64,000 nt of DNA from an uncultured Opitutaceae bacterium (GCA_937983335.1 CALKAB010000016.1:1106-65105), one strand, 5' to 3'; counted from the stretch's first letter, positions 11,501-19,685 are shown. Translations and numbers: made by a program. The notes: generated from the sequence alone by a model not told the origin.

Positions 11501-12300
11501 CCGGCCTCGTGCCGGTGGCGCCCCCGGCCGTCGTGTTGGGCCGGCAACAACCAGCATCTCCGACGGTTGCTGAGACGATGACCGCAGCTCCGGAAACGGG
11601 CAGGGCCTACCTCATCCCTGAGCTGAATCTCGAAATCCTGCCGATCGCACCCGGCACGTTCCAGATGGGAAGTGTGAGTGGCGGAGACAAAGACGAACGG
11701 CCGGTGACGCGCGTCACCATTACTCGACCCTTTTGGCTTGGAAAGACTGAGGTAACGCAGGCGCAATGGCAGTCGATGATGGGGAGTAATCCCTCGCATT
11801 TCAAAGGAGAAAACCTGCCGGTCGAGCAGGTCTCCTGGAGCGACGCGATGGAGTTTTGCCGGAAGCTGACGGAGCGGGAGCGGACGGCGGGTCGCTTGCC
11901 CGCGGGTTATGTCTATACGCTGCCGACAGAGGCGCAGTGGGAGTATGCGTGTCGTGCGGGCACAACGGGGGACTATGCCGGAGGCCTTAACGCGATGGGC
12001 TGGCATAACCAGAATAGCGGCAGCAGCACTAAAACGGTAGGCACTAAGCAAGCGAACGCTTGGGGGTTGCACGACATGTATGGCAACGTATGGGAGTGGT
12101 GTCTGGATTGGCTCGGGAGATACTCCGGGGCGGCTGTGGCTGATCCGCGAGGGCGTGCGTCGGGCTCCCTCCGCGTCACCCGAGGCGGCAGTTGGTCGAA
12201 CCCTGCCGAAGTCTGTCGCTCCGCCTTTCGAGGCGGAAGCAATCAGGGTGCCCGCATCCCTAGCCTCGGCTTCCGCATCGCCCTTGTGCCTGCGCCGTAG
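8560..12300 (+). CDS. transmembrane Ser/Thr protein kinase with PEGA repeats and two FGE-sulfatase-like (SUMF1/DUF323) ectodomains (K1)
   Basis: 1246 aa.
- aa 22-290: Hanks kinase (GRGGMGVVWLA, HRDLKPANLM, DFG, SPQQ).
- aa ~335-356: TM helix.
- aa ~359-418: Ala/Glu/Arg coiled coil.
- aa ~421-625: three PEGA-like repeats.
- aa ~640-855 (nt 10477-11124): FGE-like domain 1.
- aa ~858-975 (nt 11131-11484): CARDB-like beta-sandwich.
- aa ~1018-1246 (nt 11611-12297): FGE-like domain 2, with motifs WEWC and RGGSW. Confidence 0.9.
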   Translation: MDDLDLGATIKGFIPGQKVFGRYTLAKILGRGGMGVVWLARDDKLERDIALKFLPEVVAADPRAVDELKRETRRSLELTHPHIVRIYDFVEDARTAAIAMEYIPGATLAKLALEQPERAFEPGALTAWVKQLCEALDYAHRKAKVVHRDLKPANLMIDGAGELKVADFGIAASVSDSVSRVSQQGGTSGTPVYMSPQQMMGEKPAVTDDIYALGATLYDLLTGKPPFYTGNIILQVQSKVPPSVAARRVELGLTGEVIPPEWEATIAACLAKEAKDRPQSAGEVLERLNFTTKNAKSSKPESVGLDAKVERLVPQPLDSEEKNGSGTSRSTSKSPLYAALAAGIVVLVAAGWYFGLHAPEQRRIEAERLRVEQARIENERQQAEANRIAAEREAEARRIEAARVAAEQEVERQRLAAVRGGIIVRTTPAGAEVRVGAVALDKSPLTLRDQRLGKYPVRVRLAGYEDWDGEVEVKENEFAELNVPLVRSTGTVTLTSEPAGLDFTLKGEVTRTGHTPAELNLPTGRYDITFSRPGWPEQVRSVEVRRNEPVQAAGDFAGGSIELTSTPSGAEVWSGGRQVGTTPYRVPEALPGRYNYELRLARHRPAAAALTVEARRTAREDVLLSANPLWVASKDAPYANSLGMKFVPVPGTNVLFSIWETREQDYAAFVRATGRSWRNASSGALHPAVNVTWEDAVAFCRWLTQEERQSGRLGPQESYRLPTDAEWSAAVGLSDEPGRTPEEKNEKVKNFYPWGDQWPPPGGAGNYASRLAVDSFNGTSPVGSFAANAHGLHDLGGNAWEWMQDEWRPGVDSVRVLRGASFGDDAQRNLLASRRAEFARSNVYPYAGFRVVLEPMLIYRSPDLQILGAQAVDGQGNTIITPGTQAKVTVRIHNRGDGKAEDVVVTLVRGENVFFIEDFSKTTLTRSLGTLSAGEHRDVEVEVLPNNRATAFALTASVTEASGRYSAPARDLGLVLNRASPGLVPVAPPAVVLGRQQPASPTVAETMTAAPETGRAYLIPELNLEILPIAPGTFQMGSVSGGDKDERPVTRVTITRPFWLGKTEVTQAQWQSMMGSNPSHFKGENLPVEQVSWSDAMEFCRKLTERERTAGRLPAGYVYTLPTEAQWEYACRAGTTGDYAGGLNAMGWHNQNSGSSTKTVGTKQANAWGLHDMYGNVWEWCLDWLGRYSGAAVADPRGRASGSLRVTRGGSWSNPAEVCRSAFRGGSNQGARIPSLGFRIALVPAP

Positions 12301-12314
12301 GTAACGGGCAAGAG

Positions 12315-12345
12315 CACACAATGTTCGTAATACGAACATTGGTGG
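12315..12345. terminator. AT-rich perfect palindrome between convergent K1 and propeller-2 genes (putative bidirectional terminator)
   Basis: CAATGTTCGTAATACGAACATTG at 12319-12341 (10-bp stem, 3-nt loop). It can be extended by CACA/GGTG flanks. It is the only structure in the 66-bp convergent gap. Confidence 0.5.
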
Positions 12346-12366
12346 TGTGGCAGCCAAGAGACCGGT

Positions 12367-14361
12367 TCACTCCGGCAACGTCAGCACGCGGAGGCGCCAG
12401 CCGGTGGCGAAGTAGAATTGGCTGCCGATGATCGGGCCGGCGACGTCGATGGCGTTGGGCGTGGAGTGGGTGAGCCAGACGGTGCCGGTGCGCTCGGGCG
12501 GGGTGTCGGGTTGCCAGACACGTTCGACCGCGCAGGTGCCGGGTTTGATGCGGAAGAGGCAGTAGCCGGTGGCGCCGTAAACGACGCCGCCGGGTCCGAC
12601 GCGCAACGAGTGCAGGCCGTGCCAGGAGAGCGGGCCGAAGTCCTCGGGCAACCAGGCGGAGTCCACCACGATGCGGCGGGCGGGATCGAAGAGCGCGAGA
12701 CGCGGACGGATGGTCGGAGCCCCGGCGGCCACGACCTGGTCGCCGCGCCCGAGTAGGGCATAGACCAAGCCCTTGCCGTCAGGCGCGAGAGAGTTGACGT
12801 CCGCCAAGTCGGCCAGTCCGCCATCGCCCGACCACACGAGTTCATCCTGCACCGCATCCCAGAGCGCGAAGCCGCCTTGCAAGCGCGTGACGCTGACACC
12901 GGTGCCGGCTTCGATGCTCAGGCCGATGAGAATCTGTTTGAGATCGGGCAGCCAGAGCAATGCGGCCGGGGTGAGGTCCGGCACAATGGTGCGGTGGGAG
13001 CGGTGCGCGCCCGTTTTCGGTTCATACCAAGCGAGGGTGCCATGGCGCAAACCGTAGTCGGGACAGGAACCCATCCAAAGGCGTTCAGCCACCGGCGCGG
13101 AACCGGCGGCGGACAGGACCGGCGTGGTGATCATTGCATTCGGTCGGTAACTCACGGTATCGAGCCGGCCGAGATCGCGGGGGTTGTCGTGTGCCGTGTT
13201 GCCAAAGCGAACGGGGCGGGTCGGGTCAAAGACCGAGAGCCGGGCCTCGGGATAGGAGGCGAGCCAGACTTTGCCATCGAGCGTGGCGAGCGAATAGGCC
13301 TCGCCGCCGGCAAAGGAATGGTCGCCCAGATCCTCGATCCGACTGCCGTCGGGTGAGGCGCGGAAAAGCCGATTCGGCAGATAGCTGGAGCCGTAGAGGT
13401 CGCCGCCGGCGCCGACATCGAGAACGTGCAGGTTGGAGCCGCCGCCGACCCAGTCGAGGGTCAGGGTGCGCGAGGGGATGAAGGGATCGCGGTTGGCCAG
13501 CAGAACTTTCCGGCAGGGGCCGGTGCCGTTCATCCGGTCGTCGAGAAAAGTGGCGGTCCAGCCACCGGGCATCTCGGCGGGCAGTTGGTAGCCGTGCTTG
13601 TAGGTGGCCTGAACACCGGGCAGCGGGGGCGGGATTTCGGTCACCGGGGTCAGCAGCAGTTCCTCGACGAGAAATTTGCCGGCATGGGAATCGAGATAGA
13701 GCCGACGGTCGGTGCCTTTGAACAGTTTCAGATATTGGGACTTGTCGGTGGGGTCGGTGATCGCGGGACCGACTTCGCGGTGGGCGCCGGTCGTAGGGTC
13801 GATTAAGATTATGTGCGGCCGGACGAATTTCACCTGCGCGGCCATCGAGCCGTCGTCGCCGGCGATGGGGTAGAGATATTCGTCGAGGTTGTCCTTGCGC
13901 CCATAACGGGTGAAGCGTCCGGTGGCCGGATCGAACCTGGTCAGTATCGCACCGGGATAGGAGCCGATCCAGAGCGCGCCGGCCGCATCCTCGGTGAGGC
14001 CGAGCCCGAAGGTGCCGGTTTCATCGATGCGACCCAGATCCTCGATGCCGCGCTCCGGGTGGTTGGCATCGAAGCGATGCAGGCGTCCGTCCCAGGCCGA
14101 GCCGATGTAGAGGATGCCGCTGCGTAGAGACCGGAAAGCGGCGGTCGGAAAGGTGGAATGAACGCGGTCGCGCACGGCAAACTGCCGGCAGGCACCGGTC
14201 GCCAGATCCACGTCGAGCACGAAGAGCCCGCCGTTGTTCTGGCCCATCGAGATGAGCAGGGAGGGTTTGCCGTCGGCGGTTTGGCCGGGATGAAGGCGAG
14301 CCCAGCTCACGCCCTTGACGGGGATGCCGAGGTCGCGGGCGGTGGGGGGAACAGGGGGCAT
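12367..14361 (-). CDS. hypothetical cytoplasmic beta-propeller repeat protein (paralogue 2)
   Basis: 664 aa, ATG start. Colinear with 6246..8219 from the N-terminus (LGIPVKGVSWARLHPG...SMGQNNGGLFVLD) to the C-terminus (WRLRVLTLPE). Convergent with the K1 kinase gene. Confidence 0.6.
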   Translation of the reverse strand: MPPVPPTARDLGIPVKGVSWARLHPGQTADGKPSLLISMGQNNGGLFVLDVDLATGACRQFAVRDRVHSTFPTAAFRSLRSGILYIGSAWDGRLHRFDANHPERGIEDLGRIDETGTFGLGLTEDAAGALWIGSYPGAILTRFDPATGRFTRYGRKDNLDEYLYPIAGDDGSMAAQVKFVRPHIILIDPTTGAHREVGPAITDPTDKSQYLKLFKGTDRRLYLDSHAGKFLVEELLLTPVTEIPPPLPGVQATYKHGYQLPAEMPGGWTATFLDDRMNGTGPCRKVLLANRDPFIPSRTLTLDWVGGGSNLHVLDVGAGGDLYGSSYLPNRLFRASPDGSRIEDLGDHSFAGGEAYSLATLDGKVWLASYPEARLSVFDPTRPVRFGNTAHDNPRDLGRLDTVSYRPNAMITTPVLSAAGSAPVAERLWMGSCPDYGLRHGTLAWYEPKTGAHRSHRTIVPDLTPAALLWLPDLKQILIGLSIEAGTGVSVTRLQGGFALWDAVQDELVWSGDGGLADLADVNSLAPDGKGLVYALLGRGDQVVAAGAPTIRPRLALFDPARRIVVDSAWLPEDFGPLSWHGLHSLRVGPGGVVYGATGYCLFRIKPGTCAVERVWQPDTPPERTGTVWLTHSTPNAIDVAGPIIGSQFYFATGWRLRVLTLPE

Positions 14362-14440
14362 GCGGGGTGGACCGAGCCAAGGCGGTTTTGGCCGGGAAGG
14401 AAATGCGGAATTGGGGAACGGACTCCTGGACAGGTTTTAA

Positions 14441-14514
14441 TCTGGAACTCAGGAACACTGGAAAAGACCTCTTTAATTGGGTCTGATTACGTCCCAGAGT
14501 TCCTGAGTTCCAGA
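14441..14514. repeat. GAACTCAGGA-word palindromic intergenic element
   Basis: TCTGGAACTCAGGAACACTGG (14441-14461) matches the reverse complement of CCCAGAGTTCCTGAGTTCCAGA (14493-14514) at 20 of 21 positions. Half-copies occur at 8245-8260 and 29137-29150. Confidence 0.8.
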
Positions 14515-14652
14515 TAACAAAGGTCAGTGTTTCCGGCCTGCCTGTATTCCACATTTTCTTCGGCGGGCGGCGGGGCGGCTTTGGCCGGCCGCTGCATTTA
14601 TCAATCACTGTGCGCTTGCGGAGACCGGCCCGTTTCCGGCAAACACAGGGCC

Positions 14653-15894
14653 ATGTCGTCTTCGCTTCGCCCCCGTCCCGTCCCCGGCCTCGGCAGCGCG
14701 CTGATCGGCGCCGAGGAAGAGGCGCTGGTGCTCGATGTGCTCCGGCGCAAGGAGCCTTTCCGCTACTATGGCACGGATTTCAAGTCCACGCCTCCGATGG
14801 TCGCGACCCTCGAGAAGGAATTCCGCGAATACATCGGCACGGATTACGCGCTGGCGGTGAACAGCGGCACGGGCGCGCTCGAGGTGGCACTGGCCGCGAT
14901 GGGCGTCGGCCCCGGCGACGAGGTCATCCTCACGGCGTGGAGCTGGATTTCGTGTTTCACCGCCATCGTGCGCACGGGTGCCCGGCCGGTGCTGGCGGAG
15001 ATTGACGAATCGCTGAACATGCCCGCGACGGAGATCGCGCGGCTGGTGACGCCGCGCACGCGCGCGGTGGTCGTCGTGCATTACCAGGGCGTGGCTGCCG
15101 ACATGGAGCCGATCGTGCTCGAGGCACACCGGCGCGGCATCTTTGTGCTGGAGGACTGCGCGCAGTCGCTGGGCGCGAGCTACCGCGGCCGGAAGATCGG
15201 CAGCTGGGGCGACGTGGCCACCTACAGCCTGCAATACAACAAGGTCGCGACCTGCGGCGAGGGCGGCATGGTGGTGACGCGCGACCAACGGATCTACGAG
15301 CGGGCGGTGCGGCTGAGCGACCTCGGCAACTACCGGCCGTATCACGCCACGATCGTGCCGCCGCACGAGGCGGCCTTCGTGGGCGGCCAATACCGGATGT
15401 CGGAGCTGCAGGGCGCGGTGGCCCTCGCGCAGTTGCGCAAGGTCGAGCAGATCCGCGCGCGCTGCCGCGCCTTGCAGGCGCGCATCCTGCCGCGGCTGGC
15501 CGGGCTCAAGGGCCTGTCCCTGCGCAAAAATCCTGATCCCGACGGCGACCTTGGCTTTGAGCCCTACCTGCTGCTGGACAACCCGGCGCACGTCGCGCCG
15601 TTCCGGGAGAAGCTCGACGCCCGCAACGTCAACTGCGGCGCCCGCACCGGCACCTATCCGCAATACAACCGCGACTACATGAAGAGCCCGCACATGACGG
15701 CGCACCCCGCGACCTCGCCCTTCCGTGACTGCCAGGAGTGGCCGGCGCCGGGTTATCGTCCGGCGGATTTCCCGCGCACGGAGAGCATCACGGGCCGCTT
15801 CATCGCGTTGCCGCTCGGCGTGCTCTACACCGACGCGGACGCCGACCACATCGCGGACAGCGTGATCGCCGTGCACGGCGAGGTGTGCGGCTGA
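14653..15894 (+). CDS. DegT/DnrJ/EryC1/StrS family PLP-dependent aminotransferase
   Basis: Internal ATG at 14653 of ORF 14527..15894 (413 aa). Motifs AVNSGTGALEVALAAMGVGPGDEVI and EDCAQSLGA, with PLP-lysine context YSLQYNKVATCGEGG. Confidence 0.8.
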   Translation: MSSSLRPRPVPGLGSALIGAEEEALVLDVLRRKEPFRYYGTDFKSTPPMVATLEKEFREYIGTDYALAVNSGTGALEVALAAMGVGPGDEVILTAWSWISCFTAIVRTGARPVLAEIDESLNMPATEIARLVTPRTRAVVVVHYQGVAADMEPIVLEAHRRGIFVLEDCAQSLGASYRGRKIGSWGDVATYSLQYNKVATCGEGGMVVTRDQRIYERAVRLSDLGNYRPYHATIVPPHEAAFVGGQYRMSELQGAVALAQLRKVEQIRARCRALQARILPRLAGLKGLSLRKNPDPDGDLGFEPYLLLDNPAHVAPFREKLDARNVNCGARTGTYPQYNRDYMKSPHMTAHPATSPFRDCQEWPAPGYRPADFPRTESITGRFIALPLGVLYTDADADHIADSVIAVHGEVCG

Positions 15895-16674
15895 TCAGTC
15901 CCGGCGGCCGAGCATGGCACCGCCGTCCACCAGCAGGGTGGTGCCGGTGATGTAGGCGCCGTCATCGCTGGCGAGAAACAGGAAGCTGCCCGCGACTTCC
16001 TCGGCCGTGCTCATCCGCAGGAGCGGCACGGTCTTGTCCACGATCTTGGCGAAGCGTTTGTCCCGGTCATAAATTTTCTTGGTGAGCCCGGCATAAACCA
16101 TGCCGGGCGCGACGAGGGCGGCAGTGATGCCATGCGGGGCGAGTTCCTGCGCGACGACCTTGGCGAGCATCTGCTGCCCGCCCTTGCTCGTGCAATAGGC
16201 GGCGCCGCCCGGCCAAGGCATTTCTTGCACCCAAGAGCCGGTGAAGAGAATCGTGCCGCGGCGGGCGTTTCCTCGGCGCGGGTTTTTCAACAGGATGCGG
16301 GCTGCGCGCTGTGCCGTGACGAAACTCCCGGTGACATTCACCGCCAGCGTGTGCGTCCAGTTTTTCTCCGTGATACCGATGAAGGGCTCGTTGGCGACCA
16401 TGCCCGCGTTGCAGATGACGGTGTCGAGTCGGCCGAGAAATTTGAGCGCGGTGGCAAAGGCGCGGTCCACCGACGCGGCGCGGGTGACATCGCAACGCAC
16501 GTAGGCCGCGGCATCGGGATGCAGCGACCGGGCGATTACATTGCCCTTCGCAACGGGCAGGAGGTCGGCCAGCACGACCCGGGCACCGGCGGCGAGGAAG
16601 CGTTTGGCCACGGCCAGTCCGATGTCGCCGCAGCCACCCGTGATGAAGACGCTGGTATTCGCGATTCCCTGCAT
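15895..16674 (-). CDS. short-chain dehydrogenase/reductase (SDR)
   Basis: 259 aa. Cofactor motif TGGCGDIGLA, catalytic YCTSKGG (YxxxK). Its stop codon directly abuts the stop of the convergent aminotransferase gene. Confidence 0.8.
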   Translation of the reverse strand: MQGIANTSVFITGGCGDIGLAVAKRFLAAGARVVLADLLPVAKGNVIARSLHPDAAAYVRCDVTRAASVDRAFATALKFLGRLDTVICNAGMVANEPFIGITEKNWTHTLAVNVTGSFVTAQRAARILLKNPRRGNARRGTILFTGSWVQEMPWPGGAAYCTSKGGQQMLAKVVAQELAPHGITAALVAPGMVYAGLTKKIYDRDKRFAKIVDKTVPLLRMSTAEEVAGSFLFLASDDGAYITGTTLLVDGGAMLGRRD

Positions 16675-16701
16675 GGCGGCGGGGGATAAGACGGCTGCGG
16701 C

Positions 16702-17493
16702 TCAGCCGTAGGCGCCGATGCCGTGGAAGCCGAGGAGGCGCTTGCGGCGCGGGGTGGCGCGGGCGATGACCTCCTCGGGCAGGCGGTAGTTCACGAAGGG
16801 CCAGAAACGCTGTGCGACCCAGCGGCGGGCGAAGGGCGTCTGGATGACCCAGCGGATGCGGCCCTTGGATACATTCGGCCCGCCGCGGTGCCAGGTCTGG
16901 TCGTTCCACAGCACGAGGGTGCCGGCCTTGCCGCAGGAATTCACGAACGAGCGGCCCTCGTAGGTCGGGTTGCCGTTGGCGTCGTTGTCCGAATCACGCG
17001 GCGGCCGGCCGGCCCGGTGGCTGCCCGGGATGAACTGGGTCGGCCCCAGCTCCTCGTCCACGTCGCACAGGTAGTAGTTCATGTTGATCGTGAACGTGGG
17101 CATCGGGATGCGCGGGTCGAGCGTGGCGCCGTCGGGAATGGGCAGGCGGCACACATCGTCGAGGTGCCAGAAGGTGATGGTCTTGCCGGGCATCGTGCGC
17201 AGGCCGGTGAAGGCGATGAGGTGGCAGTCGTCGCCGAGCACCGCGTCCACGAATTCGGCGATGCCGGGATGGTCGATGAGGGAATCGAACTGCGGTCCGT
17301 GCTCGAAGAGCTTGGGCCGCCAGATTTCCTGCATGTGGTAGAGGTCGGCCTCCGGACTGTGCTGGGCGAAGACCCGCTCAAGGGCGGTGCGGTAGCCCTC
17401 GGCCTCGGCGGGGGAGAGCATGTCGGGCAGGACGAGGAAACCGTCGCGGTTGAACTGGGCGATCAGCTCTGGGGTGGGTTTGACGATGGGCAT
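16702..17493 (-). CDS. phytanoyl-CoA dioxygenase (PhyH) family Fe(II)/2-oxoglutarate oxygenase
   Basis: 263 aa. N-terminal FNRDGFLVLPDML, His-x-Asp context FWHLDD, distal His WHRGGPN. This is the typical PhyH-family pattern. Confidence 0.7.
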   Translation of the reverse strand: MPIVKPTPELIAQFNRDGFLVLPDMLSPAEAEGYRTALERVFAQHSPEADLYHMQEIWRPKLFEHGPQFDSLIDHPGIAEFVDAVLGDDCHLIAFTGLRTMPGKTITFWHLDDVCRLPIPDGATLDPRIPMPTFTINMNYYLCDVDEELGPTQFIPGSHRAGRPPRDSDNDANGNPTYEGRSFVNSCGKAGTLVLWNDQTWHRGGPNVSKGRIRWVIQTPFARRWVAQRFWPFVNYRLPEEVIARATPRRKRLLGFHGIGAYG

Positions 17494-17584
17494 GGGGTGG
17501 CGGCGGTGGTGCCGTCAAACCCTGCTCGTTGGGGAACGCCACCGGGGCGTCAACTCTGCAGTGATCGAATATTCGGCCGGGCGC

Positions 17585-18811
17585 TTACTTCGCCAGCCGC
17601 CCGGCCACGAAGCGGATGGCGCGGGCGACTTTTTCGATGTAGGCGTCGCTCATGGCCTGGTTGAGCGGGAGAGTGACGCCGTCGTCGAGGATGGCCTGGG
17701 CTACCGGGCAATCGACCTTGGTGTAGTCCATGGTGGTGAGCCCGAAGTCGCGCACCGGCCAGGCGCCACCGAAAAAATTGTGGTTTTGGAAGACCTTGTA
17801 GCGGTAAACGGGCATGGGGATGTAGCCGGCGTTGGCGGCTACGCCCTGGCCCTTGAGTTCGGCAACGAAGTCGGCCCGCGAAACCTTCAGGGCGGCGAGG
17901 TCGAGGCGGAGGAAGTAGAACCAGTAGCTGTGGAAGTCGCCCTCACGGGTGACTGGCGGCAGCACGCCGGGCAGATCCTGCAGGAGGGAGGTGAGGAGGG
18001 TGCCGGCACGATTCCGGCGGGCGACGATGTTTTCGAGTTTGCCGAGCTGGGCCACGCACACGGCGGACTCGGGCTCGCTCATGCGGTAGTTGGGCGCGAG
18101 TTCCTCGGGGTCGCGCGTGCCGGCGACGCGGTCGTAGCATTTGTCGCCCCACTTGGAGAGGCCGGCGCCGAGGTCGTCGCGGTTGGTGCCGACCATGCCG
18201 CCGTCGCCGCAGGCGATGTGCTTGAAATCGTTGAAGGAGTAGCAGCCGAAGTCGCCCATGAGGCCGACGGGCTTGCCGCGGTGCTGCGCGCCCCAGGACT
18301 GAGCGCAGTCCTCGATGACGACGAGGTTGTGCTCCTTGGCGATGGCCAGGATCGCCGTCATGTCACAGGGATTGCCCGCAAGGTGAACGGCCATGATCGC
18401 GCGGGTCTTCGGCGTGATGGCGCGGCGGATCGCGGCGGGGTCCATGTTGTAGGTGCGCGGGTCGAGATCGCAGAAGACCGGCACGCCCTGCTGGTAGAGG
18501 ATGCCGATGACCGAGCCCATGTCGGTGATGGGCGAGACGATGATTTCCTCACCGGGTTTAAGCCGCAGCGCGGCGACGGCGATGTGCAACGAGGCCGAGC
18601 CGGAGGAGCAGGGAAAGAGGTGCTTCAGCGGGTAGTGCTGGCGGAAGTCGGCGAGGAGCGTGTTGGTCTGCGGACCGTTCCAGTAAAAAAGGGATTTTTG
18701 CCGCACCATCGCGGCGAGCTGGGCGAGCTCGGCATCGCCCCAGCGCACCGGCTGCGGGACGGGCTCGTCAACGATGGGCTGCAGGACGGGAGGAGTGGCG
18801 GTGGTGCTCAT
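17585..18811 (-). CDS. DegT/DnrJ/EryC1/StrS family PLP-dependent aminotransferase (second copy, divergent sequence)
   Basis: 408 aa. Motifs CSSGSASLHIAVAALRLKPGEEII and EDCAQSWGA, with PLP-lysine context YSFNDFKHIACGDGG. Confidence 0.8.
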   Translation of the reverse strand: MSTTATPPVLQPIVDEPVPQPVRWGDAELAQLAAMVRQKSLFYWNGPQTNTLLADFRQHYPLKHLFPCSSGSASLHIAVAALRLKPGEEIIVSPITDMGSVIGILYQQGVPVFCDLDPRTYNMDPAAIRRAITPKTRAIMAVHLAGNPCDMTAILAIAKEHNLVVIEDCAQSWGAQHRGKPVGLMGDFGCYSFNDFKHIACGDGGMVGTNRDDLGAGLSKWGDKCYDRVAGTRDPEELAPNYRMSEPESAVCVAQLGKLENIVARRNRAGTLLTSLLQDLPGVLPPVTREGDFHSYWFYFLRLDLAALKVSRADFVAELKGQGVAANAGYIPMPVYRYKVFQNHNFFGGAWPVRDFGLTTMDYTKVDCPVAQAILDDGVTLPLNQAMSDAYIEKVARAIRFVAGRLAK

Positions 18812-18838
18812 GAAAAGAGTGAGGTGTGGTTTCTTTTT

Positions 18839-18912
18839 GCCGCGGATGGCGCGGACAGCTGTTCAGCGGCTAAAAAGGAAAATCTATCTGCGTGAATCCG
18901 TGTTATCCGCGG
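18839..18912. repeat. CGCGGAT-word palindromic intergenic element
   Basis: Left arm GCCGCGGATGGCGCGGACAGC (18839-18859). Right arm ATCTGCGTGAATCCGTGTTATCCGCGG (18886-18912). Lies between two co-directional minus-strand genes. Confidence 0.7.
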
Positions 18913-18921
18913 TGGTCTGAA

Positions 18922-19677
18922 TCAGAGATCGAAGAAGCGCCGGGCATTTTCAGTGCCGATGAGGGTCTTGGTGCGGGCGGGGATTTTCGCGAGGCGGAGC
19001 TTGTCGGTCTGCGCGCGGGCGGACAGCAGCGGGGTGCAGGTGCCGAGCATGAGCCGGCGGGCGGGCATCACGGTGAGCAGGTCCTGCACGGTGTCGGCCC
19101 ACTCGCAAAAGGCGATGTCGGCGGAAAAATTTTTGTGGTCGGCGGCGAGCTGCTTCAGCTCGGGGCGGTAAAGCCCGGCGAGGAAAACGTGGTGGCCGGG
19201 GAAGCGCGGGAGGAAGCGGGCGAGGTCCTTGACCGGCACGCCCTTGATCTTGAGCGCGAAATACCGGTGGCGCTCGTCCTCGAGGCGGATGTTGATGATG
19301 AGCTTCAGGCCGGCCCGGGCGACGGCGGCCATGAAGTCATCCAACCGCCGCGCCGTGAGGCGGTAGTTGTGGTAGTTGGGGAAGAGTTTGACGGCGCGGA
19401 TGGGCGCGGCCGCCCGGCAGCGGTCGAGCTGCTCGCGCCAGTTGGCGAGGGCGGGGTTGACGACCGGCACGGGCAGCAGCGCGGGGGTGCGGCGGACGGC
19501 GGCGAAGAGGGCTGCGTTCGCCGGCATGGGGTCGGTCTGGAAGACCGCGCGCAGCGGTGACACCAGCGCGCGGCGGATGCCCGCGCCGGCGAGGCGGGCG
19601 GCGAGCTGCGGGGCGGAAAGTTCGGGCAGCGGCGTGAACGGCCACGGGCCCAGGTTGACATTGGTGTCGATGAGCAT
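18922..19677 (-). CDS. amidohydrolase_2-like TIM-barrel protein with degenerate metal-binding motifs
   Basis: 251 aa. Length and spacing match the neighbouring amidohydrolase. However, the N-terminal HxH motif reads LIDTNVNLG and the C-terminal GSD-type Asp position reads MLGTCTPL. Confidence 0.55.
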   Translation of the reverse strand: MLIDTNVNLGPWPFTPLPELSAPQLAARLAGAGIRRALVSPLRAVFQTDPMPANAALFAAVRRTPALLPVPVVNPALANWREQLDRCRAAAPIRAVKLFPNYHNYRLTARRLDDFMAAVARAGLKLIINIRLEDERHRYFALKIKGVPVKDLARFLPRFPGHHVFLAGLYRPELKQLAADHKNFSADIAFCEWADTVQDLLTVMPARRLMLGTCTPLLSARAQTDKLRLAKIPARTKTLIGTENARRFFDL

Positions 19678-19685
19678 GGCGCGGT

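Noticed and set aside
10477-12297. Annotating the kinase ectodomains as functional formylglycine-generating enzymes (sulfatase maturases).
   Set aside because: The catalytic C-x4-C pair is incomplete or absent in all four domains, and no sulfatase genes are nearby. Only the fold or family is called.
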